Source of the DNA: Octopus vulgaris
Lineage: Eukaryota
Direction of reading: 5' to 3'
Assembly (NCBI GenBank): GCA_951406725.2
Contig: OX597818.1
Span: forward strand, 68,572,001-68,636,000
Length of the DNA: 64,000 nt
Shown here in pieces: positions 27,986-42,409 of this stretch (position 1 is its first letter; every line of letters begins with the position of its first letter). Below the pieces are notes generated by a model. The model was not told the origin of the DNA and ran no database searches. It saw only the letters and a list, made by a program, of their open reading frames with translations. A program made the position numbers and the translations under genes.

Positions 27986-28439
27986 CTCGTCACTTGAGAG
28001 AATTAAGAAATAATAATGTCGAGTTGAAGACCTTTTAACATCAAATTAATAACGCCTCTCCTTCTGAGTTCAAAGCCTTCTAGAGTTTGCTTTAGGTTTA
28101 TAATTTTCCCAGATCTCATAAATTAGATACCAGTTATGTACAAGGGTCTCGTGAAAATATTCAATTTATCATAAAATCCCACAGTGTTTTCTATAAAAAT
28201 GTCTGCTATTTTACCAGCATGAGAAATAAATTTGTTAACCACTCTAAAAAGACATGCAAGATAAAACTTCATTTATTTTCTTGATATTTTGTTGCGAATC
28301 TTCAAGTTAAGGTTTCTAAAATGCATTAAGATTCAGAATTTCCATGGAGAAAATACATAACTAAAATTATACCAGTGCTTTTAGTCCTAAGTCTTTTACA
28401 TATTGTCTAATACAAACATGTATGCATATGTATATGCAA

Positions 28440-28482
<43 letters not shown>

Positions 28483-28848
28483 CAAATATATATGTGTGTG
28501 TGTGTGTGTGTGTGGATTGTGGTGACAGTTGCTAAATAAAGCAAAATATGAAGAAATAGCCAAAACAATTTTTTTTAACCAACAGAAATTTAACATTTTC
28601 TGAGATAAAGTAACTTACAGATGGAATTCAGAATGACAACAACAACAACAACAACAACAACATATAGAATATAAAATGTATAAATTTCTATATTTTGTTT
28701 ATTGTTACATTTTGCAACAAGATACGACTGAAAACATTGAAAGCAAACTTGTTATTCTGCTTCTTCCACTTTTTTTTCTTGTGCATACCAGCATCATTGT
28801 CATCGTCGCTAAAAGCAGCTGCATCAACATCATCATCATCATCATCAA

Positions 28849-28908
<60 letters not shown>

Positions 28909-28969
28909 GTTGGTCTGATTCTTCATCATCTTTATCATCATCATCTTTTTTATATATTTGTTGTAGTTG

Positions 28970-30775
28970 TTAAGGGGACAATCCAACAGAGTCTTTGGGG
29001 ACCCAGCCTATAAGCTGAGCAACATTAGGGATATTTTCCCCTATATCGTGGGAACCCCGAAAGCAAAGGCCACGAGCAGACTTTTAAAGGGATCCTCAAC
29101 CAACATCAGAGGTCAGGCCACCCACACACCGACAGCAGCGGAAGGGTGAGTAAACCCGTTCTTTTGCTCTCTCTCAACTTTCTGCGGCCAATATGGTGAA
29201 AATCAGAGTAGATTGCATAAGTTTACATGGGGCTGGGGTCATCCTTGAAACAATGTTGCTGAACAGTAGCCTTAGGGTCGCTAGGTTTGGATGTGAGACC
29301 AGTATTTCTGACACGCGCACACTCGCCCCCATTTTTGATAACTTAATAATCCTGGAAAGGGAGGCGGGGTGGAAGTGCTGGTCAAGAAAGCCCTGATTCT
29401 CGAGGTACGGACAATCTTACTGGACCAGTGATAAGTTGATGGTCCAAGAAGTGAGCAATAGCGAAGGTGGTGATTGCAGACTAGTACGCCCCGGCTGGGG
29501 CAGGGAAATCAGAATTCTTCAGACGTTTGGAGGCTTCCTTTGAGATGTTTCGCTCTTGAATGCTAGTGGGTAATTGGAATCCCATCTTGGAGGCATTCTT
29601 AGATAGGGTGGGGGTTAGCGGATAGGAGTCAGGCATGTAAAAACCTCACAAGCATGCTCGGCTGCTCCCAACTGATTGACGAGTATCGATTGGATTTCCC
29701 GAATGCGCCAATGTAAAGATAACAAAATGCATCTAGTCTTCCAGATCGTATCTAGAGAGAATATTCTGTCGGCCATTAGACAGAGGTAACATGAGTTGAA
29801 CACAATTCAAAGTCGCCGGCTACACAGACCACAAATTTGTGATCTGTACGGTTGACGTAGGTAGGATCATCGGATACTGGAAGTTGAATGCGTCTTTCCC
29901 AGTGCATCAAGCTTTTGGAGATCGGATTTGCAAGTTAGTCAGGTGCAATCATCAGCAACCAATAATGGATAGCCTTGAAAATGGCTAATAGAGCAGAAGT
30001 GTTAGAATTTAATCCAGAATTAGTATTAGAGGAATCTAAAATAGAAGAAGACGTAGGTAGAATCTACAAGAGGCATTTAATAGAGACATAGCGACCATTG
30101 TGCTAACAGTGATATTTGGCTCTTGATCAGTTCTTCAATGCCAAGAATGAAGGTTGCGTTGTCAGAGCTAGGGCGCATGCACTAAGACGCAATTGGATGA
30201 AAGCCGTTGGATGGGCCCGGGTGACGGAGGTGCTACGTGGAAATCAAAGCCACAATTCGGTATTTTACTGGCCGAGACCGGCCCTTGCTACTCGCATTCC
30301 AGTAGATGTGTGCGGAATTTCAGCTGTACTTCGTTGAACTGTGTGGAGCGTTTGGTGGGGTAGGGCTGGAGGTGAATTACCCCCTACCTCGACAACATGC
30401 CTCAACTTTTGGCCACAGATGGTGAGTTTAGCGAAATGCATATAACAGCCGAAGATATACAGGGCGTGATGACTGACAGCACAAGAAAGAAGTTTCTGGG
30501 GCCATTCAATGGTCTGCCTTTCAAGCTTTATCTTCATGTACCAAACTGGTTCAGAGATATCTTGGCAGATGTCTACCACAATTGGCAGCAGAACGGGAGA
30601 ATTCCCAGTGTTGTGAGCCATGTTGTGGTGATGCTGTTGAGAAACGACCAGAACGAAAGAGATTACTTACCTGCTAATTGCAAATTACAAGATATTGGTG
30701 TGGTGTTAGACAAGAGGTTGATGCTTATCGTCAATAAACTGGTGGGTGACACTCAGACATACGATATACCAAGAT
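28970..30775 (+). mobile_element. Tx1/L1-clade LINE, 5' part of ORF2 (APE endonuclease + RT N-terminus), decayed
   Basis: MVKIRVDCISLHG (endonuclease start), GNWNPIL, GYTDHKFV (SDH motif), GYWKLNAS, then GPFNGLPFKLY...LADVYHNWQQNGRIP...KRLMLIVNKLVGDTQT. Many frameshifts. Confidence 0.85.
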
Positions 30776-32099
30776 ATGTGAAGCTCTATATAGCACTTCA
30801 AGAAATGGATCCATATTGGGAAACGGTGGCCTTAAGCTTAAATAATGAAGGATTCAGAAAATAGCCTTATGCACATGCTTCTCAGTCGAGTGTTTTTTAA
30901 TCTGGTTTTATACGGGACAGTATGTAATGTATTACCGAGATAACATCAACAATTTTTAAATATCGTGGGTAAATTTCCCATCAGAATTGAAGATGCAGAT
31001 GCTTCTCAAATCTGATATTTCATCAAACATCTTCACTGGAGTTTATTTGAATATTTGGATCCAATAAAAATTGTGGTGGAGAGGAGAAGAATCGGAAGTT
31101 ACACATGCGGTAGCCAGAACCACCAGAGGTTTCTGTTCATATTACTAAATCAACAATTATAGAAAAAAGTAAAGGATATTCCACCAAGGTCAATAGCTTT
31201 ACCTTAAAAGATAGAAAGCTCAAGTTAGAACGGATCTTTGAAAGAAAAACTAGGAACAGCGATATCAATTGTGGAATTGTTGGACTTATGTAAATGGCAG
31301 CAAAAGACATACACTCCGCACACTTGAAAATAGCTTAGTTTGAAAAACTCATTGGAACCAAGACTTTACCGGTGTGCAAGTCCACATTTGAAGGATTCAG
31401 TGACTGTGAAATTGACGAAGAGTTCATATTACGAGACAGTGTAACTCTGCCGCCCTGGGCAGCGGAACTGAGATACCAAATTTTTATTCAATATGTTTAA
31501 GAAAAATATTTTGATTTTTCTTTGATCTATAACTATTTTTCTGATTTCTCTCTTTTCGTTTTCCATATACTTTGAACTGAAACTTGAAAATCTAACTCTA
31601 ATATAAAAACTCTATACGGACTTTTTTTTACAATTTATTTATTCTTTATCTTTTTTATTTCTAATTTTTTAAAGAGACACTTGAATTATATTCAATAGTA
31701 GCCAACCACTCAACTATCAAGACTAGCTTCAGGGTTTGTCTGTGAAGACATTTTTTATTGAGTTGTGGAATTTTTTGCTGAATTATCACTGGAAAATAAA
31801 ACGAGAAAGCGAGACATTTTGCAGATGCCCAACAAGATATTCGAAGTTTCTTGTAACACATTTTCTGCAAATATACATCGTTTATTTCCCTCTTCTGCCT
31901 ACTCAACACCGAAAGACAATTTTACAAGGACCAAGTGTTCAAGATTTTCAACCACTTGAAATTCTCACCTTATATTCAGGTAACTTGAGGACACTTAAAA
32001 AGTGTGGCTAAATTCAGGTCATGGCTAGCTTAATAGCACCACCTGTTCTGTTTATATAATACTTTACGTTTATTACCATTGCCAATTTGATCAGAGATA

Positions 32100-32530
32100 T
32101 TATTTGCAGAAACTGAGCCAGATATAGCGGTTTGTCTAGAATTTATGTAAAAATATCGATTAAGAAATTCTGGACAATCTCTCACTAATCTTAAAATTTA
32201 ACATTAGCCTAATTGGTTTCTATTTGTATAATCTTCTTATTGTATATTTTACTTGAAATTGTGGAAGTTTGTAATCTGAGCAAAGAATATGTCTATAGCA
32301 TTTTTGTATTCTGCTATAGAATTGTGCTCTTCTTATTATGGAAGTTTTCCAAAATAATTTTGGAAATAGCTTCCGAAAGAAATTGCATTATGGTTCATAA
32401 TAGAGGTTGGCTTTACACTGACTCTTTGGACAAAATAAGTCGCTTTATTCGCCGTCTGCTTGAGTACAAAATTAATAGCATAACCTATTTACCCCTTGTA
32501 ATTTTGTCATTGGGATGTCACTGAACGAGA
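32100..32530 (-). mobile_element. Possible ancient L1-clade ORF2 remnant
   Basis: NFFRKLFPKLFWK...DYKLPQFQ resembles the L1 post-RT FIW...GGLxLP region; weak. Confidence 0.3.
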
Positions 32531-34759
32531 TGAACGAAAAACATTTATCTAGGGCAAGTAAGAGTGCTGTGTCGGTACATTTCGAAATTATACCAGTATG
32601 GGGGACCTGTTAATACTATTCCTATTTAAGATCTAATTTTTCAAGAAGTAACAGAGAGAAACTAGAGGCCTGCTGACTAAGAGCCAAGTGGACTGAACTT
32701 ATGCTTAACTTCTCAGTTAGGTTCAATTACTTTGTACAATCTCATAGTCACGCCTTCAGATTGGTCTATTTTCACAAAGAGATAACTAAGTTTAAAAAGA
32801 TTTAGCCATACCATTGAAACCAAAACTATCTCACCCTTTAATTTCTTCGCTGCTATCTTTAGTTTCTCACCCAAACTCTTTATTACAACTGTTTTGCATG
32901 TTTTACTTTATCCGTTTATTTGTTTTTATCATTGGTTTCTAGTCACACTGATCTGCTGCTCTGAAGGGCTTTGTCAATATTTAATTAAAGCTGATAATTG
33001 CTCTACCATTCTCCTTTTGCCAAACCTCTACAATACGTACATATAAACAACCGAGTTGTTGCACTAATCAATTTTATGATACTGTCAGTTATGAATACTA
33101 ATGATCACTAATAGGAGTCATGTGATTTCTGAAAATTTGATAACGCAATCGGCTTGTAAGATTTCCCTGTTACAACTGATATTTTTCATTGTTAATGAAA
33201 TACACGTAAGGTGATGTAACTAAATATTTTACTAAAAAATCTCTTGTTTTGCTTTGCTTTCTATGTATATCTGTGGGCATGAATATGTATAAGCATGTTA
33301 TATTAATCTATCCATATATGTGTATGATGTATATGATGCGTGGATAATTTTAATTAAAATTGCAAATAAATTACTTTAAATTTAATTTTCCCCAATTCTT
33401 TCGTATGTTCTTAATCCTAAACCAAAATATTGGTTTTCTACAAATTCCTTATTACGTAGTAAAATATAAATTAGTCAAACGCAAGATATCATATTATATA
33501 ATTAATGAAATAATATTTATTTAGCAAAGGCAAGGGTTATAATAAGTTTCTTCGTACATATTCTGTACACTAACAAGGATTTAGTCTTTTCAGTGTAGTT
33601 ATGTCTTAATAACCACAATTTATCTGTTGTTAAATAAATATAGAATATTTTCTGACATGTTATTTAGACGTTATTAATTATATATAGACATAGAATGCTT
33701 GTTGAAACAAGGCATGGTTTTACAATAAATTTAGGCATAATTTTCTGTGTGGGTGGCATTCTTTATTGAAATCACACAGAGAGAAAGACACGCATGTAAT
33801 TTAATCTGAGATTAATTCTAAAGTCAAAACAGAAAGATTCAAAACAAGAATTTAATATATTCTTTGTTTTTGTAGATCAAAATGTCTGTTCGAATGAAAT
33901 TAAATTAGAAGTCATCACTCGAATTATTTGCATCTTTATCAGCGCCAGCAGCATATTGGTCATCGTATCCAATGGTTTAATGTCTGCATATCCATACTAA
34001 GCATGAGTCAGATATAATTCTTTTACTATGGTCGGATTAGACAGTTACTTGTTGAAGATTATAAATTAACGTCAGAGGCATTATTAAGACCACGAGGTAA
34101 TATTTAAGCCCAATCGCAACATCAGCTCCTTTTCTGGCACAGTTCATCTATGTATGGCTGGTGGGGAGATGAATCGCTGCTACATCTAGCGGTAGATTGT
34201 CCAGCTTTAACATGACCAAACAAGTTTAAAATCACACGACTCGGTGGTCTCAGCGCTGGAAGTAGCAGGGATTTTTCTCCTCACTAGTGATATAAACAAG
34301 AGTGCATTATGCACCAAAAAGCCAATACGAGAGGTTCTCTCGCGGTAACTGCTTCAGTATAGTTTCTTCTAACAGAACATACGTGTTTCAGTGGACATGG
34401 ATATTACCTCTCGGAATTATTCCTGCCTCTGTCGCTAATATCTATATTTTCCCAGTATGCTTCAACTGTTGTGCATGGCTCACACAAATATAGCAACGAC
34501 AAAGAAATTTGGAGCACTGGAATATGAAGATGTGCTTCAAGAGGACACTGCTTGGGTCAGAGCCCTATGTACATACTATACTTGCATATATGTATATGTG
34601 TGTGTGTGCGTCTGTCTGTGTGTGTGTGTATTATCAACATAGTATAAATACATACATACAAATATATATTGGGTTGGCAACTAAGATCCCGCCGTTTTTT
34701 AAATTTAATTTTTTTAAAAGGTTTAATAAAAAATAACAACTAATTAATCAATTAGTTGT

Positions 34760-35790
34760 TATTGATTAATAACAACTATTCACCCTTGTTGTTTACAACT
34801 TCTTCTCAATGCTCAGCAAGATTCTCAATACCCCGTTGTAGAAATCACCCGATTCCGACTCGAAGAATTGATCCAGCCAAGCTCTCAATTCTGCATCAGT
34901 ATTGAACGAAACTCCGCGCATAGCGTTTGAAAGAGATCGAAAGAGGTGGAAATCCGTTGGTGCCAAATCAGGAAATTACAGCGGCTGTGGCAGCACTTCC
35001 CAGCCCTGCGTTTGAATGGCTTCCTTGGTAATATTGGCGATATGAGGTCAGGCGTTGTCGTGCAGCAGAAGAACTCCATGCTGCCGATTAGGTCTTTTCT
35101 CTTGAATAGCCGTGTTGAGTCGTTCCACCAGATGAACATAGAGTTCCGCGTTGACCGTTTGGTTCCATTCAAGCAATTCATAATGGATAATCCTTTCGCA
35201 GTCCCACCATACGCAGAACATCGTTTTACGCGGATGGAGATCTTGTTTCACGCGCGGTGTCGATGGTTTACCGGGGCTAAGCTATTCCTTACACTGCTTC
35301 ATATTGATATACAGGCACCATTTTTCATCGCCAGTAACAATTCGGTAAAGAAATCGTTGCTTGTGTCCATGAGTTGAGCGGTGATGTGTAAGCAAACCAA
35401 CGGAGATTGTGGCTCATTGTCATTTAAAGCATGCGGAATCCATGCTCCATACTTCTGAGCTTTTCCCATCGTGTGAAGATCCTTCTCTATAGCAGTGTGG
35501 GAGCATTCCATTTTCTCTGCAAGTCCGCTAGTCGTTTGACGAGAATTTTCGTGCAAAAGCTGGTTTAATCGCTCTTAATCGAACTCAACTGGACAGCCAG
35601 AACGAGGTGCGTCTTTGAGGTCAAAATTTCCATTTTTGAACTTCGCATACCAATCACGAGCGGTTCTTTCAGCTATGGTACCCTCTCCATATACAGTACA
35701 AAAGGCAGCTTTTGCAGCCTTAGAACCTTGATTAAAAGCAAAAAGAAAGCGCAGTCGAAAATGCTCGTTTTTCTTAACCTGACATTCCAT
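34760..35790 (-). pseudogene. Mariner transposase pseudogene
   Basis: MECQVKKNEHFR..., RSGCP, GAWIPHAL, TGDEKW, LHPRKTMFCVWWD, LLHDNA, PDLAPTDFHLFRSL; several stops and frameshifts. Confidence 0.92.
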
Positions 35791-35898
35791 TTTAATGATC
35801 TGAAAATAAACAAAAATTAACTAAATTTAACTAGAGAAAAAAGCAAAATAGATTCCAAAATGATTCAAAAATAGAATTCTCGAAAAATATAGATTACA

Positions 35899-36277
35899 CT
35901 TTTACTCTTTTACTTGTTTCAGTCATTTGACTGCGGCCATGCTGGAGCACCGCCTTTAGTCGAACAAATCGATCCCAGGACTTATTCTTTGTAAGCCTAG
36001 TACTTATTCTATCGGTCTCTTTTGCTGAACCGCTAGGTTACGGAGATGCAATCACACCAGCATCGGTTGTCAAGCGATGTTGGGGTGACAAACACACACA
36101 TATATACATATATACGACGGGCTTCTGTCAGTTTCCGTCTACCAAATCCACTCACGAGGCTTTGGTCGGCCCGAGGCTATAGTAGAAGACACTTGCCCAA
36201 GGTGCCACGCAGTGGGACTAAACCCAGAACCATGTGGTTTGTAAGCAAGCTACTTACCACACAGCCACTCCTGCGCC
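35899..36277 (-). mobile_element. SINE family A inserted in the mariner 5' UTR
   Basis: Full-length copy between the transposase ATG and the upstream TIR. Confidence 0.9.
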
Positions 36278-36314
36278 TTCCAAAATTTTAAAAAGCTGCG
36301 GGAACATAGTTGCC

Positions 36315-36374
<60 letters not shown>

Positions 36375-37115
36375 TCAAATATAAAATAGTGTTCATTTAA
36401 ACACAAGAGAAAATTGCTTTCAACAGGTATTTTTTACACGCTAGAAGAAGTAGTCAAAACGACCAAAGCCATATTTAAGAGCAATCTTCAAAAGGAATGA
36501 AAAATAAAAACTTTTACCTTGTTATTTCATTTCGGTCAGATGTAGGTTTCTAAATTTTTTAGCAAATAAAATAATTTGCTAGGCGAAATATTTCATCAGT
36601 GACCGCGCCATAACACTAATATATAATTAAGAGACGATTAACACGTGTCTCTTTGTTATACATCATACTTTTTTCAAATTCAATATATTTGATGTGCGTT
36701 CTGTTAAGAACGTATTAAAGTACAAACAGAACTTGTTCTCCCTTAGAATTCCCAAATATCCGGTAGTATTAGTATGGTATGCTACCAATTCTAGTTTTAG
36801 GTATTTCTCGTGTGTGAAAATAAAATTGAATCCGTCAGCGTTAGTTGGTTTCAAAGAAGGAGCCATGGATGTTGCAGCATGGAAATCTAGATTTACTTAC
36901 GGAGACAGCAATTGAATATTGCATGAGGAGGAGATACATACAGATCTTCTTATACAGGTAATTCGTTAAATAATTTCATTTGAATTTAAAATCAACTTTG
37001 AATAAGGTATATACATGGATCTGTGTGTATCGAAAGATCGAAATATTTGTAGTGATTAAAATGCTGTCTAATTGTACTTACTCTTCCTTTTGACTCTAAC
37101 TTTTTACTTTATATT

Positions 37116-37167
<52 letters not shown>

Positions 37168-37212
37168 CTACATACTATACATACATATATATATATTATC
37201 AACATACATACA

Positions 37213-37244
<32 letters not shown>

Positions 37245-39845
37245 CAGCGATGGCATTTTACTGAAAGCCAGGCTTTTTTGAACGGACAGAGAGAAATGAC
37301 AAATGATTTGCTTTGAGTATATGAGTGTTATAATGATTTGAAACCATTGGTTTATTAGTTGAAGCTATTGTGATATTTACGAACCAGTCTGGGAAGGGAT
37401 AAAAAAATGGAAGAAATGACAAAAATAGTGTCTACTAGTTGAAGATAATTAAGTGCACCATATGATAAATTTGAATTTATCTACGCAGAAATGGTCTTGT
37501 TATTGAAGAAGCAAAATAAGAAATGGAATGTATAAAATATAGGTAATGTTAGAAAGTATTAAGACATGTGTATCTGCAAGATGTAGTTTTTCGGATCGAT
37601 TTTTATAAGAACAAAAATCATGAAATTTTTGACAAAATATATACGGATAAGATTTTATGTATTTAGTTAATGTTAGTTATGGGCAGTTATTAGAATACAA
37701 GAATATTGAAATTAGATTCCGAAAAAAGGTCTGGTGAAATGATCTGATGTTACCATAGATATTTGATTTAGTTTCTTAGAAATAAAAGAGGAAGTTCCTA
37801 TGACTTTCTAACTGCTATAGAGGGGTTTTAAGAGTTATTTAATGGGAAATAACATCGTTGGGTGAGTGCCATAAATAATTCAGGGTTTTGGAGATTACGG
37901 CACAGTGTAAAATGTAATAATTAGATCAAAGATTTAGGGAGAAAAGAGCCAAGAAGAACTGCTAGTACTTGAAGAAGTTAAGTAGATGTCAAAAATGGTA
38001 GAGCGTTCTTAATGGAGAAAATGTCGGTCACACCATTAATGGATTGGAGAAACGAAGTAAATAAATAAATGGAAAATATCTATTTCAGAGTTGGTTGTGT
38101 CAGTAATCGATTTTGGCAACAGAACTGAGTCTGGTGAGAGAAGTGACACTAAGGTAGTTGTCAATATATAACTAGTGTACCGCTCTGGGTTGGAGCACAG
38201 CAAAATGGGGGTGAAAATGTTTGCGTCCATATATCTTACAAAGAGATAAGAGATTGTCAGGTGCATAGTGAAGTTCATCTCGACACAAGAGGATGGCAGT
38301 AATGGAGATGAGATTAGAGCGACAGTCCAGGATGCGTTTTAAAGCTGATGCATCATCATGGCAGGGATGAAGGTGGAGAAGGATTTCATATTTCTAATGA
38401 CAAGACAAGAGGGTGCAGATGAGAAAGAATAGAAGGGGTTTAGGGCCAGTTATATGTCTTGAATGTAAATGTCTTAGAAAAGATATAAATAGTAATAAAC
38501 ATGTGCCAAGGAAGTCAGAAAGAAGCTCGGGTGGGGTTACAAACAGTGATAATATGGCTGCTGGAATTGTTGGGTTTGTCAACATAAATGAGAAAATAAA
38601 TGGTGAGTATTCCAGATGTATTTATAGTAAGATCAATAACAGCAAGTCGAAGTAACTTTGAAGAGATTAGTTCTTGAATTGGAAGCAGATAACAGTTTTG
38701 GTGTGTGAACCACTGAATTCTTTGGTAACTTCTCACTGCAAAAGGAACTTTTGAAAGTGATTTGGGTTGAACTATAGAGAGTAAAGAAAGTGGACTTTTA
38801 GAGTGAGAGGAAGGACGGAAAAAGAAGAGACAAAAGAACTAGAGGAAAAGAGAAGAGGAAATGGTTGTATGAAGAAAAATGCCAAGTATAGTGTCAGCAG
38901 AATGGTGAATTCATAATGTTGCGGAATATTAGGTAGAGTTGGAAATAATGTATTAATGCCATTAGCTTATTTCAAAAATTTAAATAGGGTGGGACTACTT
39001 TAGGTCTGTTCTAGTGGATAAGTGCGTAGTTGTGGGCACAGGTGCAGAAATTTGAGGGAGATTTTAGTCAATCAAATTAACTCTGCACTAGTTGGCACTT
39101 CATTTTATTGGTCCAGAAGGAATGAACAAGTAAGTTGACCTCATCACAACATGAATTCCGAGCACAGAAAGCTGGAACGGTCTCCTCAAGGTATATTCAA
39201 CTTGTCGCTTTAAAATTTTAAGAATCTTATAAACTTAAAGTTGGTAATGTCAATGACCGAGTTTTGATAACAAAAGCTTCTATAAGAAACTAACTCAATT
39301 GGTAGATATATTAATCTATTTTCTGGTTCTAAAATCGTGGGCTTTCGATAGGATTAAGAATTATATTTGGCTTAAACATAAAATATAGGTTTGAATGATA
39401 TATATTTAATTAGATTGATAGTGGGTTGCGTTTATTAATAAATATTTGATTGAAATTTAGTTTCGGTAAATTGATTATCGGTAAGGTGTTAAGGTAATTG
39501 TTACTGGAAGAGAGTAGAACGTGTTGTTGTAGTTCCTGCTATGGCTTTTAACTGTGAATGAAAGATGCATCCAGGGAGAATTATGCTAACGTTAAGAGGA
39601 GTACAGAGTAGTAAAATCGCGTAATAGGACATAATGTAGCATAATATGATATAATAGGAAATAATAGGACATAATATAATATAATAGTCTAAAATATAAT
39701 ATCTATGGGGATATTTCTTAATAAATGCAGAAAATATGATGAGTAAGAACATAACAGTTTAGTAGTAACGACAGAAGCGAGAAAACAGCCATGAAAAATG
39801 CGTCTAACACCGTGTTTCAGACCCACGATAATATTACACAAATAA

Positions 39846-40083
39846 GGCGGCGAGGAGCTGGCAGAGTGGTTAGCACGCCGGGCGAAATGCGTAGCCGTAT
39901 TTCGTCTGTCGTTACGTTCTGAGTTCAAATTCCGCCGAGGTTGACTTTGCCTTTCATCCTTTCGGGATCGATAAATTAAGTACCAGTTACGCACTGGGAT
40001 CGATGTAATCGACTTAATCCCTTTGTCTGTCCTTGTTTGTCCCCTCTGTGTTTAGCGCCTTTTGGGTAGTAAAGAAATAGGTA
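39846..40083 (+). mobile_element. SINE family B, full length (tRNA head + Meta-domain-like centre)
   Basis: A box TGGCAGAGTGG, B box GAGTTCAAATTCC, GAGGTTGACTTTGCCTTTCATCCTTTCGGGATCGATAAATTAAGTACC (resembles the MetaSINE/Sauria central domain). Confidence 0.9.
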
Positions 40084-40251
40084 AGGGGCAAACAGGTACA
40101 CACACACACACACACACACATACATTCATCCAACGGAAAATCCGATTCGTAAAAATAAATTATTTAATGTTTAAGGGATTTCTGTTCTGTTTTGGAAATA
40201 TCACTTGTTTACAGATTGGTCAGTTAATCCAGTGTAGCAAAAAGGATTTAG

Positions 40252-40711
40252 GGTCAAACTGAAGGGTTTGACGAGAGCACAAAAAACGAAAAAAACAAAG
40301 TGTAATAGGTGTAAAACATGTAGTAAACGATATGAAAAAACAATGCGCGCTCGCGAGCGGGAGGGGTGGGGGAGAGGACTCGGAAAGTTCACATGATAAT
40401 CACAAAGTGTCCTCCCATAAAGGCTTTTCAGGGTACAGTCCCACTGCATGGCATCTTGGGCAAACACTGGAGTTTAAAGGATATGTTGTTGTACACCTAT
40501 TACACAATTAAAATTTTTTTGCTCTGGTCAAACACTAGAGTTTAAAGGTCATGGTCTGACGATGTGAACTTTCCTCGTCCTCTCCACCACTCTCCGTTCG
40601 CGCGCGTACATTTTTTTTTTCATATTCGCTTATTGCAAGTTGTTTTAAACCTATTACACTATTTTTTTCACTTGTTCATTTTTTGCTCGGATCAAATACT
40701 TTAGTTTAATC
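40252..40711. mobile_element. Non-autonomous Mutator/MULE-type element (MITE)
   Basis: Imperfect ~145-bp TIRs (40252-40394 / 40562-40711) flanked by a perfect 9-bp direct repeat AGGATTTAG (40243-40251, 40712-40720). Confidence 0.8.
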
Positions 40712-41269
40712 AGGATTTAGTTTTAGCAGCAGCAGAATACAATAGAGTTTCCTTGGAAAGGGTGAGTATTGTAGTTAGTGCAGTTGCAATTAGTTAAGTT
40801 TTGGTTGCTGTGTGTTTTAAATTTCCTTAGTTTAGACGCAGCCATGATTTGCGGGGAATCGCTCGTTGTAGCTTGGGATGTTTTCATATGATTTTGGCGT
40901 CACTCCCGTCGATAGTTGCGGTGGAGGAGAAAGTATTGGTGTAATAATTTGAAGAACTTTTTGTCATAAATGTTTGCGATATTTGGTTATTTTACCATAT
41001 CGATTTTTACTCTCATGTATCCTTCCACATAGAATTATCTTCATTAGAGGTCTTATATACCCATGTAGACTTTGTTGCATTTTGATGTATGTATTCACAA
41101 ACACTTGAGCTTGGGAAGTAGTTTCTCCATAATCGTTTGAACAAATCTTGTCTTCCAGACTCCTGATGCTCACCTCTACAAATACACTTTTAGGCCTGTA
41201 TGGGAGTACACTTTGTGATTGACAGGTAAAGGTTAATATAAGCATTTAAGAATTTGTATACATTTGTAT

Positions 41270-42350
41270 ACCTCCATAGTTATAGAAAGGCACTGGATGT
41301 TCTCTTCCACAATCTAGATACGTGGTTACGGGTTTCTGTTTCATTGTGAGCAAAAGTACTCCCAGCCTATAAGGAGGAATCCATTAATCATATTGATGCC
41401 CTGAAAGCGCGGCTTCAGATATATTCTACATTAAATAAAAAAAATAGAAGCTAGTCTAGAAATTGCATGATATATTGTGGTATAATCCTCAATATAGATT
41501 AAATGTTCGTTCTAAAATCTCCAAGATTTTATACAACATTGTAAAGAAACATTTCTCCATACTCATTAGATGTCATGAGAAAAATAGCGTAACTCACAGA
41601 TGCACCAAGAACAACCCTTCTACTATACATACAAAAGGAAGCTTTCCAGTAAGAATCTTAAAACCTCTTTTCTATGTAGCTGTAAAAGCCCTAATACCTG
41701 CTTCTTGAATAGCATTTAAAGAACTATTAAAGCACTGCGTTATCCTCTCTGCTGCAAAAAGTAACATACAATCCGTAAAAGTATATTGGCAACATATGCG
41801 CGCATCAAAATACAAAGAAGACGTCTCACAGACTTACCGTCTAAATAAATCTGGAACATGAAAGTTAATAATGGCAACAATTATAAAACCGATTCTCTTT
41901 ACTCTTTTACTTGTTTCAGTCATTTGACTGTGGCCATGCTGGAGCACCGCCTTTAGTCGAGCAAATCGACCCCGGGACTTATTCTTTGTAATCCCAGTAC
42001 TTATTTATCGGTCTCTTTTGCCGAACCGCTAAGTGACGGGGACATAAACACACCAGCATCGGTTGTCAAGCAATTCTAGGGGGACAAACACAGACACACA
42101 AACATACACACACACACTTATATATATATACATATATACGACAGGCTTCTTTCAGTTTCCGTCTACCAAATCAACTCACAAGGCATTGGTCGGCCCGGGG
42201 CTATAGCAGAAGACACTTGCCCAAGATGCCACGCAGTGGGACTGAACCCGGAACCATGTGGTTGGTTAGCAAGCTACTTACCACAGCGCATGATTCTTTA
42301 CACTCTGGATGATGAAGTCTGTGTCTCTCAAAGAAGTTTAATATCCCATC
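41270..42350 (+). mobile_element. PLE ORF 3' part (linker + GIY-YIG), decayed, split by a SINE
   Basis: ILWYNPQYRLNVRSKISKILYNIVKKHF (cf. IIWFNPPYS.NVKT.IG..F...HF), CSCKSPNTC, KYIG, IWNMK, SLCLSKK. Confidence 0.7.
41894..42290 (-). mobile_element. SINE family A, near full length
   Basis: Near-identical to 4501-4911. Confidence 0.9.
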
Positions 42351-42409
42351 TTTATTATTATTATTATTTTTTTTTTTGCTATTTTGAAAAACAAAATCGT
42401 GATAAATAA

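Larger units (their letters stand above)
34669..36321 (-). mobile_element. Mariner (DD34D) DNA transposon, full length with TIRs and TA target site
   Basis: TA|TTGGGTTGGCAACTAAGATCCCGC at 34669 and GCGGGAACATAGTTGCCAATCCAA|TA ending at 36321. TIR resembles mellifera-type mariners. Confidence 0.92.

Noticed and set aside
31339-31500. Protein-like frame containing FEGFSDCEIDEE
   Set aside because: Short, bounded by stops, cannot be assigned without a search.
37300-38950. Possible ancient LINE on the minus strand
   Set aside because: Composition is suggestive but no diagnostic RT motif could be read confidently.
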